Shown here: piece by piece, positions 63,504 to 64,000 of the stretch
Position numbering within the stretch: position 1 is the first letter of the stretch
How the letters are laid out: every line of letters starts with the position of its first letter
Assembly: GCA_029717555.1 (NCBI GenBank)
Contig: JAMDHS010000001.1
Coordinates: 124,001 to 188,000, forward strand
Origin: Peribolospora baueri
Taxonomy: Eukaryota
Length of the DNA stretch: 64,000 nt
Reading direction: 5' to 3'
Notes under the pieces: generated by a model
What the model was told of the DNA's origin: nothing
The model's database searches: none
What the model saw: only the letters and a program-made list of their open reading frames with translations
Program-made: the position numbers and the translations under genes

Positions 63504-64000
63504 GGCGAGAATTGATCTTTTCAGCCAGTGGACGTTGGGAGGCTGATGAAAACGGAGTGAGATATGCGTAAGGACTAAAGTCGGCGAGCCCTCGCCCATC
63601 CATAAGCTGTCGTCCAGCCGATGGTAACAGAAATGCTGAATCAGGCTCGCTAAACTCTCGCAAGCCGTGGCGCGCGCAAGACTGAGCGCGGGAATAACCG
63701 TCCTCACAGAGAGCATCTTCCTAAAAGAAGCATGCTGAGGTGACCTTCCAAGGCGACCTAAAGGCAATCCATCAGTGTGATAACCTATTCTCCGACGAAA
63801 GGGCGGAAGACGAGCGAGCTAACAATACAAAATTCACATTGGATTGCTGAGACGGAAGAGGAGAACAGATAAGTAGAGCATCGCTCTGTCCCGCCCAAGT
63901 CGACAAACTGAGTTGACCTTTGTCAAGCTTCGCCAACGACCTGGGCCGTTGGCGTCGCTGGATCAGGGACCGAAGATGAAGCAGTCGTATCCGCGTCAAG

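Noticed and set aside
1..64000. tRNA, rRNA, snRNA, CRISPR arrays, intact transposons
   Set aside because: None was recognised by eye; small ncRNAs cannot be excluded without covariance-model searches.

Overview
Gene-dense, intron-rich, GC-rich fungal nuclear DNA, most likely from a basidiomycete (GTGAGT/GTGCGT donors, CTGAC/CTAAC branch points, several microexons). I assembled about 21 spliced genes by hand; boundaries are manual models. In order: a DH-PH RhoGEF-like protein, ORC4, a DHA1-type MFS transporter, a CPSF6/7-like RRM protein, an orphan secreted precursor, SAD1/USP39, a PIGBOS1-like microprotein, UTP11, NTE1, an Swc3-like protein with a GATA finger, an F-box-like protein, VRG4, ERG24, a cytochrome c heme lyase, SF3B4, RPB2, CWC25, RPB6, a myosin regulatory light chain, SLH1 and a small HSP20. 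The most unusual elements are: (1) an orphan secreted gene at 16.1-17.3 kb with Lys/His-rich repeats and a hidden tail of KR/RR-delimited Cys/Asp/aromatic peptides broken by in-frame TGAs, resembling a Kex2-processed repeat peptide precursor; (2) an AT-rich mosaic mitochondrial insertion at about 42.5-43.1 kb with decayed LAGLIDADG and cox2 fragments; (3) the Swc3-GATA fusion; (4) the PIGBOS1-like microprotein; (5) a probably mitochondria-targeted sHSP. No database searches were run, so family calls rest on motifs I recognise.
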